Positions 25,422 through 36,443 of a DNA stretch of 64,000 nucleotides are shown piece after piece. Position 1 is the stretch's first letter; every line of letters begins with the position of its first letter. Below the pieces are notes generated by a model, which had not been told where the DNA came from, did no database searches, and saw only the letters and a list, made by a program, of their open reading frames with translations. The position numbers and the translations under genes are program-made. Location of the stretch: contig OZ374557.1 in NCBI GenBank assembly GCA_977862235.1, positions 1,240,001 to 1,304,000 on the forward strand. The letters are read 5' to 3'. This DNA is from Dudresnaya verticillata. Its lineage: Eukaryota.

Positions 25422-26282
25422 CTAGTTTTCCGAGTCACGACTGTGCTCCTCGGTATCTTCGAAAACTTCCTCTTCATCGGCCTGGAAGTTATTGGCAGCA
25501 ACTCCGTCGCCTTGGTGCTTCCACGGGCGGCAACCGACTTTATGGCAAGTGAAGCACGCGTTGTTGCGATAATATTTGAGTCGCTGACCCTCCAAGGCGC
25601 CACGTCCACGCCCACGTCCACGACCTCTGCCGCGTCCACGTGATTCCATGTTCCCAATCTACATGGGCGTGGGGCCTTGCGAGCTCGAATCGTCGCCTGA
25701 AGGCTGCATCTGAACGCCCCAGATTGCACTTTCCACGCGCAGTGCAATCTTTGCCGCATCCTCGAATGTGGTCACGCTTGACTTCATCACTTCCAGCCTA
25801 ACATCATATTTCAGACCGGCACTGAACTTATCCCACATTTCCCCATCAGTCATACCCGGGACAGTGAGACAGACATTGCGAAAGTCTGAGAGGTGCTTGG
25901 AGACTGACGTTGTCTGCTTTAGCTTCCTAAGCTTGTTCCTGGCGCGACGGACGTGATCATCACGCACGAACTCCGCAATTACCTTCGCCTTGAACTCGGC
26001 CCATGTAGCTGGGACGGTGTTTGCCTGAACGAGAGTGTACCACCAAACAGCAGCGGTACCAGTGAGGAAGGGAGAAGCGTAGAGAATCCTATTCCCATCG
26101 CCAAGCTGTACTGCTGGGTTACTCAGCTGCACAAGACCAAGATACTGCTCGACCTTGTAGATCCAGGTATTGACCACGAGATAATCCCGACGGCCATCGT
26201 AGGGTTCGGGCTTGTTGGGCTTCAGATTGATCGGACCTTGAGCTGCAGCCATTGCGGGGGAGTTATCAGTGAGATCGGTCAC
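25422..26282 (-). pseudogene. gag: gag of C; single in-frame TAG at 25659
   Basis: KPEPYDGRRD...LTGTAAVWW...TWAEFK...LKQTTSV is retrotransposon gag. PTPM*IG (probably PMEIG) is followed by RG repeats and a knuckle. Confidence 0.9.
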
Positions 26283-26285
26283 GAA

Positions 26286-26297
26286 GCGATGCTACCA
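26286..26297 (-). promoter_or_regulatory. PBS of C, initiator tRNA-Met type
   Basis: TGGTAGCATCGC one base after the 5' LTR; TGGTAGC is the iMet-type PBS start. Confidence 0.85.
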
Positions 26298-26298
26298 C

Positions 26299-26741
26299 TG
26301 AAACAAACACCTTTTTACTCAATGGATCGATGCCCTCCGTCGCCGGAGTGAAGGCCGAGCGACGACTGATAAAGTCCTCCCTGTCTCAGCGACCCGAGGC
26401 AGGGTCGCTCAGAGACCCCAAACAAAGGGGTGAAGTCCGCCTTACATGGCTGACATCCTAAAATACAATTAAAACTGGACGGTGCGACCGCAGGAGGCGC
26501 AGATCGGCTGCACCGATCTGGCTGGAAATCCCAAATGTCGCCAGAAATAAAAACAAAACAGATAAGCGGCGGCGCGCAGCGCCGCTCCCGATGCGCTCGA
26601 ACCCTACCCTCGAGCGCCACCGGAAGCAAATCGGTGCTGGCCACCCCGCCAGGGCCACTTACGTCAGCCCGGCCGCGCCGGCCAGAGTACGAGTACGTAT
26701 GATAAAAGAAACACGTGGGCTCACGTGGCATGACCGTTTCA
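26299..26741 (-). repeat. 5' LTR of C
   Basis: Direct repeat of 21476-21918. Confidence 0.97.
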
Positions 26742-28149
26742 AACCCTACAACGAAGAGTGGATCGTCGTGCGAAATAGGGCTTGTTCACGTCCATGGAAT
26801 GGGGATACCGGTGGGACTGTGGGAGACCGGAAAATGAGAACAACCCAACGCACACACCGCAGCCCGTTTTTTGCGGGGCATCTTCTATCCAGGGGCCCAA
26901 TAAAGACGCCGGGAGCCGGAAATGCTATCCACTCTCACTTAGAGTTAATACTGATAGTTAGCTAGTACTGTACCCTATGCCAGCCCAAGAATAGGAAGGT
27001 GTGGTAGTACCAAAATGAGGTATGCGCACGTCGCTACTTGGTGCGCGGTGTCAAAATACCTGCGAAATAGTATCACACCGCCAGCCATACGGCGTGGTGA
27101 GCGCTTCCATAGCTAACCTGCTAATGTAAACCAGCTCTATCAGTCCCTGTCCGCTAATGAGTCCCACGCTTTACAGGCGTCTCGTCTACTCGTTTTTGTT
27201 TACAGTGATCGGGCGCGCAGTATTCCACACGGCCTGGTATTAAAACTGCGCGACTCCGTTCATTACAGCGATGCTGTTCCCAGAGGTGCTGGCAGTTAGG
27301 ATTTGAAATATCACGTGAGCGATTGGCCCAGCCAAGTTTGGTGTCCAAATTTCTAGAAGAATAATGTCAACGAAAGTTGGCGCGTGCGTCAGGTCAGCAC
27401 GGCGTGAGCCGTCGGCGATGGCGCGATTTTGGCGTCGCAACTGTATCCGTTGTGCTAAGAGACGGGGTATATATTTCCACTTCGGCTCAGAGCCGACTGT
27501 ATTGCTTCCAGTGCTCGCTCGCTTTGCCGGCGTACCACTTCAGCATTTCAGATCGAGGTACTCCTTTCTGAAGACCGGCTTTGGACCCAACGTAATATTC
27601 CAGAAAGGTCTCCGTACCCAAGAGTATGTTCAGGTAGCGCTCGCCACCTTTGGGGTCGGCTCTGGAGCCGCTTTTCTCACATAATATCAGGCCCCTGAGC
27701 CTTAGAAGAAACGATTTGGGCTCAAGAACCACTTTTGAGCAAGGCGTTCCACTACGATTCGCGACATAGTCCTTACACCATCTGTTTGGATGAGTAATCC
27801 GGTTCTCGCTTGTAAGGCTGGCTCTAATTTCAGCATCCTCGGGTATGAGGGTGACTAGGCGGGGTGCCGTTTGCCACTAAGTGCAGTCGTGATTTGCCCG
27901 TCTGTTCCTACGTTTCTCATACCAAACCCCGCGCTGAGGCTGGTCGTGATGACATCCAATGATGTGGGGAGGCGTGGCACAGAGCCGCATGTAGAACAGC
28001 ATGAGCCATACCCGAGATGATATGCTCACCGGAACGAATCGGCTCACCTCTGTTATTCCGGGTGGGGCGTCGTGCTATCTTTGGGATCTTGTGTACGCGC
28101 GATTCAGGCATGAGGTGTTCTTCATGAACAGTGTGAGTGGGAACCTGAA

Positions 28150-28961
28150 CTATGAGCTGGGCATGTTACGGTAAATATATTTTAGTGGAAAGAGGGACCT
28201 CGACATGGTCAACCACGCCCGTCCCCTGATTCGGAAGGGCCCGGACAACTAGCCATACGCGTTAGTCCGTGTGGTCCGCTCGGACGAGTAAACGAACCTC
28301 AAGTATGCGCTTGCAATGCGCTCGACAATCCCCAGACTGCCAAACCGTTAGCGTGTGTTCGCTTCGAGCGACGTCAGCGTCACAATACTGAGTTTCTTAT
28401 TCCTTTCCAGTGCCAAGAAGTGGTTTCCATTAAACCAGAGTATTAGAGATCGAATTACAATTAGGTCCCTGTCGAACATGTGACTATGAAATTTCCTACG
28501 CCATACCGGTGGGAACACCCACCATTGCGGCTTACTTTAGATCGAACATGATGGATAGCGCAAGCCATGGATGCGTGCGTCTTTTGGATTCTTCTCGTCA
28601 CGTGTGGATATTTTTAGTTTCCTAGACTCTCATCTATGAGGGGCGTCATGGCCTGCTCTACTTCATCTATCAGCCACCCCGTACAGCTGCGAAGAAGCTG
28701 GGTGTCGAGAATCTGTCGTCGGATGCCAAATATTCGAAGGTCTTGGAAGCCCTACTGGTATGCATAGACTGCATGTACTAGACTCGAGTCTCCAAGAGGA
28801 ATCGGCGTCTCGCTGCAAATAACGGTCATCGCACTGCAGTGTATAAATTGGGTAGACTTTGACCCAGAGGATAGGCATCCGTTGTTGCCGGATTTCCTTA
28901 TTCAGCCAGAGTCGACGACAGAAAGACCGCTGGTCTTCGATGAAGGTAACCGCATTACTGG
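28150..28961 (+). pseudogene. Possible very old Gypsy RT/RNase H remnant
   Basis: Only faint motif echoes (QEVVSIKPE, SVYKLG, ERPLVF) amid many stops. Confidence 0.25.
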
Positions 28962-29653
28962 TGTGGTAGTATGGCGCGACGAGCCAGTAGCCCGCTAAAC
29001 GGCAAGGACAGCTGTCCCGTGCGCGCACACACCCTAGCGACGGCAGCTCAATGGGGAGTTGGTAGAGACTTGAGGGAAAAGGGGAAAAGGCTAGCGTGCC
29101 TGAAAGAAAGGGAAAAAAGGGGCGGCGCCACCCTAACACTCGTAGAGTACAAAGCCGTACGAGGCTAAAGCTTGTAAAGCACCTGGAAGGGGGAGTACGG
29201 TGAGCCCGTGTAGACCAAAGAAAGGGTACAGACCCGAAACCCACCGTAGGGTTCTATTCAGCAGACCCTTACTAGTCAGGGGCGCAATAAATATGGCGAA
29301 GGCCGAAAGCGCCTTCGCCGCTATCCCTATTCTAAGCTATTGAAGTTAGCGTTAACAAATACAATGAGGTAGTGAGCGGTCGTACTCCGCCCTGCGCACG
29401 TAAGGTGCTTATGACTCGGGCGCGCTCCTACGCGTAAGGCCATGGTAAATCAGTCAATCACGGCTAGCCATCTCATTGGCGTCATGCTGTTCCCAGCAAT
29501 GCCATACAGAGTGGCCAGCAATGCATTTAGGCCTTACAGCACACCAGCACGTGCAGCGCCTTACAGGCGCATGCCACGCGCAATATTACCCGCGCATTAC
29601 AGGCCCAAAACACGTGTACGTGCTTACAGCCGCTGTCGGTTCATTGTACCACA
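28962..29653 (-). repeat. 3' LTR of D
   Basis: 7-bp terminal inverted repeat with an adjacent PPT. Confidence 0.8.
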
Positions 29654-30182
29654 CGGCTCCCTCTCTAAAGCTGAGAGACCCGCGAAGCCAGCAAGGCTGT
29701 TTCCATTGGCTCTGTCGGTGCGGACGCGTTGTGGACGTCCCAAACGGCCTGTTGAGGGCGGGTGTAACCGCCACCAAAACGTCTGTCCCGGCGTCGGGCT
29801 TCTCGTCTCGACGGGCATTCAGTATCGCTTTCGCGTGAAAGCCTTGACCGGCTGGTTGAAATTATCGCGTGTCGGCACGTTTCCATTTCTCGATTTGCCC
29901 GTTTCGGCATAACGCTCCGTGTTTCTGGCTATATCCCGCACTCGGGACGTAGATTTCAAAGCCGAAGTGACTATAAGGACGACGACCTGTGACGAACAGC
30001 CAAACCAATCTCCAGGGTGAAGGTGTGACCCTCTCAGGTATCCGAACGAGGATTCACGTACACTTAAATTGTGTGCAGGCCGGAGTAGTCAACGGCGTTA
30101 TTGACTTTTTCTTTGTTTTCGTTCAGAACTCCGGAACAAAACGTAGGGTGATACCCATCGGGTGTCAAAATGAATCTGAGGT

Positions 30183-30842
30183 TTGCATGGAGCAATCGGT
30201 CCACAATTTGGCCCACTCGGCCCACCTGGTCCACTGATGGTCCAGTCGGACCGGACCGCTGTAATACAGGCTTACAGTAGCCCCGGGTACCGGATCTTGA
30301 TTCGGGGCGCTCCGGGATCCGGATCAGGCTCAACAGCCGAGGCCGCCGAGGATGGCTGCGTAAGTCGCGCTCCTGACCACACCTGGTCTCGATTGCCCAC
30401 AGCGTCGAGGTGTTATTGCCGAGGGGGCGTTATGTCAGCATGGGCGGCTCCTCCGCTTGGCAGTTCTTCCGCAACCAAGCCTATCGAGGCGAAAGGGGGA
30501 GGTGTTGTACCCCCAGAGGCGGCAGTCGAGCCGGCGACGTCTGCTCCGACGACTTCTGAAGTCATCACGAAGACCGAACTCCTTCTCAAGGACTGAGAAG
30601 AAATCGAGCCCAGGGAGGGCGAGGGGGAGCGAGACGGTGCGCCGATGGACATCGAGGGACAGGGTTTTGGCCGCGATGGCTCAGCCAGTGAAGGCTTCGG
30701 CGGACGTCGGGGTCGCGGCCCTCGTCGTGGGCGTGGGGCTTGAGTAGTGCGCGAAGTGCGTCGTGGCACGACAGCTCGGGCGACGTCTGGTCCCAATCCT
30801 CCGCTCGAGGAGAACGAGGTCATTGACCTACTTTCTGACTAG
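30183..30842 (+). pseudogene. Decayed antisense ORF in the 3' region of D
   Basis: The frame of ORF 30183..30596 continues through two TGA codons (plausibly ex-CGA) to ...EENEVIDLLSD*. Confidence 0.5.
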
Positions 30843-31690
30843 CGCGTCGCGCACTAGCCCCAGGCTTATTGCCTTACACTTGTGAGCGGCTGGTCCGCTA
30901 AATAAACCCGTCTGGTATACTTAGACTCACGGCCTTTGGTAGGCGGTACGCGCCTGTGCGGCATGATAGTACTCCCACTCTGGAACTTAGCGGATTTGCA
31001 TCGCTGTGGTTCAGCGCCAGAATAGTGGCAGTGGGTGCTTTGAGCTCGCGGGCTGTGTGGCACCACGAGCCGTGGGACAACCCCTTATTGGGTGATCATT
31101 CCGCCTCCCTGGTGCCACTCGTGGGGTGAGACGGTGCCAGCAATGCGCTACCGCGTGCTACAGTGGCTTCGAAGAACACTGTAGCCGAAGCGGTGAGACG
31201 CTGATTTAGAGACTCCCCATTGGAGCCCCATTCCGCCTCCCTGGCTGTGGTGACCTATCAGCGGCAGTTGTTCAGCTCTACAGTAGCGAGTGGCAGTACT
31301 GTAGCGCTTTTTGGCGCGAAGCGAGCGCCTCGCAGGCTAGTCGCGCTGTTGAGCGTGGTTACGTGGCCTTGGTTTCCCCCGATGCTCCAGGGGTTATTGC
31401 CAAGGAGGCTTCCCTCGACGAGGACACCATATCTTAGAGGCTCTTCGCGCCTGCTTCGGCATTCCTGTCGTGGCCGTAATGGACGCTCAAAGGGTTGGCC
31501 CTATTTCAGTCTGTAATGCCCCGTCGGGGGCGCGAAAGCGTGCACGCATGCGTCATACTCGCGAGCAGCGTCACCGAGGTTGGACTTCGACGAAGTTGGT
31601 CAACTTATAGCGGGGCTCGCCCCGGGCGTAGGCCCTCACTCAGGATCTAAATCCTCATGTTCCTCATACGAGCAACGTTCATGGTTCGCC

Positions 31691-31826
31691 TCTATCCAGG
31701 TAGCTGTACAGCTCATCTATCCAGAATCTCGATTCTTGAATCATCTATCCATTTCCACATCTATCCATGTAGCTATACAGCTCATCTATCCAGAATCTCG
31801 ATTCTTGAATCATCTATCCATTTCCA
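31691..31826 (+). repeat. 69-bp tandem duplication
   Basis: TCTATCCA.GTAGCT.TACAGCTCATCTATCCAGAATCTCGATTCTTGAATCATCTATCCATTTCCA at 31691 and 31760. Confidence 0.95.
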
Positions 31827-32099
31827 GAGTCTTGACTCTTCTATTTCCATCTATACAGTTTGTTGTTAGTCAGCTCATCAGCTTAAAAGGGGGAATGGTC
31901 ATTCCCATTTCCTATTGTTATACACAGGCCCATTGGCCGTTCTTGTTATCGCTACTGCAGAGCGTAGTGCTCGTCATCCACAATGGGTTAACCTCGTTAG
32001 GCGCTTATTCGCAACTCCCACCTGCGTTTGCAGGGCCAGATCTAGCCTCTTTTCGGCGAATTTGCTCTTCTTGAGCGATGACCTAGCGTGAGACGCTTA

Positions 32100-34510
32100 T
32101 TACGGGAGAGCGACCCCTTTGCCTCGATGGTATCTTGCCACCAAGTTATGAGGAAGATGTTCCTTGGGGTCCCAGGTGTCTTCGAAGGCTGGGAGCTGAA
32201 ACCACCGAACACGGTAGAGGCTTCGATCGGCGTCGTAAGACACAATGCGGTCGTAAACTCGCTCGCGCGGCGGCGCTTTCTTAAAACGAGAAAACTTCCG
32301 CGGGGAAGAGGGGTCGTTCCGCATTGTCGCCGAAGTGTTGGGCGCGGCGGTTCCAGGATCGCGATCCGGATCGGGAGGGGCCGCAGCCACTGTCTCTTCG
32401 GGACTTGGTATGGATGTCCCATCAGCAGGCGGCACCGCGAGAGTCGGATTATCCGTAATATCGGTAACTCCCTGTCTCTCGGGGGTGTGAGGATCGCTAT
32501 CCGCATTTGCGCCTTGTGGCGTGAGGTCCACTACTGAAGGGTCTTGACCCTGCGCGCTTGGTTCTTCATGCGGCGAGGGGGCCAAGGTAACCCGGTCCAG
32601 AGATATCGTCTCTCTATCTCCTTTGATGTCTAGAACGACAACGTGCGTTCCACGTTCTAGAACCTTATACGGCCCGAGAGCCTTAGGGAACAACTTCCCT
32701 TCGCGGGCCACACCGGAAGCGTCCTTCACCTTCGTTTCCCTCTCTAGGAAAACCCAAGACCCAGGTCTCACTTTCTGGTTAGCCGGTCCAATCCGATTAT
32801 TGAAATTAGTTTCATAGCGCCGTTGCGCTAACTTCATCCGCGGCAAGGCCGTATCCATCAGCTTCTCTAAACGTAGAGTCAGCCGCTTCTTAACGTTAGT
32901 CGCCGGCACGTGGTCGACGTCCACTGTCTCTGCTTGTTCTATTAAGATGGATGTCGGGGGGTTAGATAACACCAGATCGAAGGGCGCCAGGCCTGTAGCC
33001 CGATTTACAGTAGCGTATTGAACGCAGAGGTAAACTCGTCCCAGTCTTTCTGATCTTCGGCGATGAAGTGTCGCAAACCCGCTAGGAGGGTACGATTAAA
33101 TCGTTCTGTCTGACCGTTCGTCTGCGGATGATAGATTGACGTAAACATATTCCTAATTCGAAGGATGTCGCACACCGTGAGGAAGAACTTGGACGCGAAT
33201 TGCGTGCCATTGTCCGAAAAGACGTCACGGGGTGGGCCGTATATGAAAACCCAATGCTCGCAGAAAGCCTTGGCCACCGTATAGGTTGTCACTGTCTTTA
33301 GCGGTATCGCCCGCGTGAGCTTTGAGAATCTGTCAGTCATGACTAGGAGGAACTCGTCCCCTTTGCCTGAATGGGGCAGGGGACCAAGGATGTCGATCCC
33401 TATGAATTCCAAGGGCAATGTTGTCGGGAATAAATTCATGCGGGAAGTGTGTTTTCGAAGTTGGACGCGCTCTTGAGCGCACTTGACGCAATTCCTTACT
33501 GTCGCGTACACGTCCAGAGACATCGCAGGCCAATATACCTGTCGTCGAAGGTTGTGATACATCCTGGTGCCACCAGGGTGGCCGGCCAACTCCGGGTAGT
33601 GCGCTAGGTGTAGAACCTTTTCTTTCAGTGATCTAGGTACGAGTACCTGTAGCGCATGGTCTACGTACGACTTGCGCACAAGGAGTCCTCTCCTATTCTC
33701 AAGATAGCAACCATGTTTACCCGTCTCGAGGTTTCCCCGCACCCAGATGCAGAAGTCGTCTGATTTTTGCTCTCGGAGCAGCTCCTCCACTGTTATGAGG
33801 GAGAGACCCTTCTGTGTTGATTCCTTGTCGGCCACCTGAGCTATTAGCTGTTCTTCATCTGAAGGGTCGTCGTCCCGAGGTTCGCCTTCCCAAACCTCTA
33901 AGGGTTGGGGTGGTGCACCCGTTCGCGGTTTCCGCGTTGGCGACCGTTCGTCGCAGGCGTCCCTTCGATCGTCTTCGATTACAAAACAGGGGATCTCGAT
34001 GTCCGGTTCCCACTGGGTAAAGCCGTAGGTTGGCAGCCGAGAGACGGAATCTGATCTGATTCTTCTTTCCTTTTCGGTATTGTACCGTGAAATCATATTC
34101 CAACAGGCGTAGCCTCCAACGGGCCAGTCTCCCTGAAGCATCAGTCATGCTCATAATCCATTTTAAAGCTTGTTGATCCGTATACAGGTCGAAATGGGAC
34201 CGCTCCAAATATGGACGAAGCATCCGCGTTGCCCAGACCACTGCTAGGCATTCTTTCTCGCCTACCTAGTAGTTCTTTTTCGCCTTCGTTAGGCCGCGGC
34301 TCCAAAACCCTATCGGATGTCGGGTGCCATCTTCTTCCATTTGCATCAATGCCCACCCGATTTGGTAATCACAGGCGTCCGTGTCGACGGAGAGAGCCTT
34401 ACCTTCTTGAGGGAGCCGCAGTATCGGCGGAGCGACTAACGCTTTCTTGAGAAGTTCAAACGCTTCTCGCTGACGTTCGTCGAACGTTGGCAACTCGCCG
34501 TCTTTGAATT
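32100..34510 (-). pseudogene. pol: pol 3' half of D
   Basis: DTDACDYQIG..IGFWSR, RLARWRLRLLEYDF, GHPGG, DNG, YHPQTNGQTER, GPY, and chromodomain-like YRVRWF..DTWDP. Confidence 0.93.
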
Positions 34511-34568
34511 TGACACAGGGCAGTACCGCACAAATGGCGAGGTTGGGTATGGGGACCGTCTTGGGACG

Positions 34569-36443
34569 TTGTCATTAAGCCATGTGGCTGTTTCGGCTGA
34601 GCCGCGGGTGCTTCAGGAGGCTAACCTCCTTGGTGTACGCTTGAAAGCGGATTTCCGATACTTGCATCGGACGGGCACCTTCTATTGGGAGCGCTGCGTC
34701 CGTTGGGAGTGCGAAACGCGCCGCCGCAAAGGCGTTTTTGTGCCGTATCAAGATACGCAAGTCGACCGCATTGAGCGGGAAAAGTTGCCGCATTGCTTCA
34801 TTCGCGTCCCGCCGTTGTGGCGGGACTTTGAGGTCTGCGAGGGCTTTGCGGCTGAATTGCCTCCGTGTGTCACGTATGTTGGCTCCGAGTTGCGGACGGA
34901 TCCGTACTCCCGATTTTGGATCGTGTTTTTCACCGAGTGGGTCGTCAACATAACCTACGCATGGATGTGGGAGGTGTATGACACCTTCCGGCTCTATTAT
35001 GTGCCGCCACGCGTAGTCAGCCTCCTTGGCGGGCTAGACTTAACTGAAGTGCTGGGCGGGGCCAGGAACTGCCAAGAGCTCTGGGATCTACGCCATGTGG
35101 CGGATAACGTCCACTGGGACGACCCGGCTGCTGTGCCGCCGGGAAACAGGCGCCGTAAGGCGAACCGTCCGCGTTACGCGATGAGTAGAAATCATTCCGC
35201 CTGTGGCGATTGGGTGTGGTACAACCCGTGGACCAAACGCCTTACGACGGAGAACATCGCTGAGAGTCATCGTCGTACAGACCGCTTCACGCCAGCGAAT
35301 CACCCACGTGGGTTGCGCAAGAATTGCGACTTTTCGGGGGATTTCCCACCCCACTTGAGCGCCTTGATGGCGGAGGAGGATGCGTTTCACGCTAACAGCG
35401 GACCGGTTAACCCGTCTGGGACGGACGTCATTACGCCTATGGCGGTTGAGCTTACTGCGGGGGCGACAGCTCCCGCGACGATTTCGCCAGCGGCGGTAGG
35501 ACCGTCGGCTGTTGTGCCTGTTGGCTTGCCGTCGGTTGCGCTATTGGATCTCTCGGCGCCCTTCAATGACGGTGATGGTGATGCCATCATGGCTGCGCCC
35601 ATGGCGAGTTCTGCGTCTGTAGTTACGCCTCAAGACGGAGTGTCTAACGTCGCTGACGGTGCACATCGTCCTCCTGCAGTGCCCAAATGGACTGAGGAGC
35701 AGCGCCGCACGGTGCTCGCATTCTTGCGAGCCACCGGTGTCGTCACTGACGGGTCGGGCGGGTCATCGACGACGTCCCTCGGGCACTCGCTGCTGGCTGC
35801 TCTGCAGCCCAGCGTTGCTGCGGTTCCGGCGTCGACCTTCGTTTCGACTGTGCCGTCTAACGACGAAGGTGCGGCGTCTAATGACGGAGTGGCGAAAAAG
35901 CCTTTGTCGCCTAAGGCGGGTTGTGCGGGTTCGCCCGCCATTACGTCCACTGACTTTGTTAACAAAAGTCCGCCAAAGGCGAGTGCGGTGGCAGCAGCTA
36001 CGGCGGCTCCGCGGGCTCCAATGGCCTCTTCGTCGGTGACGGATGTTGATCGTTCAACGCCTTTGGCGGTTAATGCGGTCCCGTCACCGGAGGTGCCGGG
36101 GCCGTCGACTTCGCCCAAGGCGGTTGAGGATGCTCCGCCGCCAAAGGCGAGTGAGCTTCCTTGTGTAGCGCCTGATGCGGATAATGATTCTAACGTTGCG
36201 CCTATGGCGGTTGACGGACAGTCGTCGCCTAAGGCGGATTGTGAGCCAGATGCGGCGCCAGCGGCGGATGTCGCGACTTCGACAGCAGTGGTTGTGGCGG
36301 GTCCCTTCCGGTCCGTCCCTGCCCCTGCTGCGAGCGCACCGTCAGTGACGGAAGACGACCTCTACGAAGAGGCGTTAAGAGAATCCGCCAATGGCGTCGG
36401 GGATGATGCCCCATCTGGGCCGTCTGCGACGGAAAAGCCGTAG
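34569..36443 (+). CDS. Antisense accessory protein of family A, function unknown (W/C/Y-rich N-terminal ~280 aa, A/P/S-rich tail, acidic C-terminal motif)
   Basis: Uninterrupted 624-codon ORF, homologous to 14936-16460 with many synonymous differences. The true start may be upstream or truncated. Confidence 0.8.
   Translation: MSLSHVAVSAEPRVLQEANLLGVRLKADFRYLHRTGTFYWERCVRWECETRRRKGVFVPYQDTQVDRIEREKLPHCFIRVPPLWRDFEVCEGFAAELPPCVTYVGSELRTDPYSRFWIVFFTEWVVNITYAWMWEVYDTFRLYYVPPRVVSLLGGLDLTEVLGGARNCQELWDLRHVADNVHWDDPAAVPPGNRRRKANRPRYAMSRNHSACGDWVWYNPWTKRLTTENIAESHRRTDRFTPANHPRGLRKNCDFSGDFPPHLSALMAEEDAFHANSGPVNPSGTDVITPMAVELTAGATAPATISPAAVGPSAVVPVGLPSVALLDLSAPFNDGDGDAIMAAPMASSASVVTPQDGVSNVADGAHRPPAVPKWTEEQRRTVLAFLRATGVVTDGSGGSSTTSLGHSLLAALQPSVAAVPASTFVSTVPSNDEGAASNDGVAKKPLSPKAGCAGSPAITSTDFVNKSPPKASAVAAATAAPRAPMASSSVTDVDRSTPLAVNAVPSPEVPGPSTSPKAVEDAPPPKASELPCVAPDADNDSNVAPMAVDGQSSPKADCEPDAAPAADVATSTAVVVAGPFRSVPAPAASAPSVTEDDLYEEALRESANGVGDDAPSGPSATEKP

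Larger units (their letters stand above)
21476..26741 (-). mobile_element. Complete Tf/chromovirus-like Ty3/Gypsy element C (5.27 kb), lightly mutated
   Basis: Two 443-bp TG...CA LTRs, AACCC TSD (21471-21475 and 26742-26746), PBS, PPT and gag-pol with a chromodomain. Confidence 0.97.
28962..34510 (-). mobile_element. 3' half of Gypsy element D (RNase H-IN-chromodomain, 2.4-kb 3' region, PPT, 3' LTR)
   Basis: pol fragments; PPT AGAGAGGGAGCCG (29654-29666); LTR TGTGGTA...TACCACA. Confidence 0.88.

Noticed and set aside
25659..25661. Programmed stop readthrough in C gag
   Set aside because: More simply a GAG-to-TAG mutation in the PMEIG-like motif
34569..36443. env gene
   Set aside because: Wrong strand, with no evident signal peptide or C-terminal transmembrane anchor
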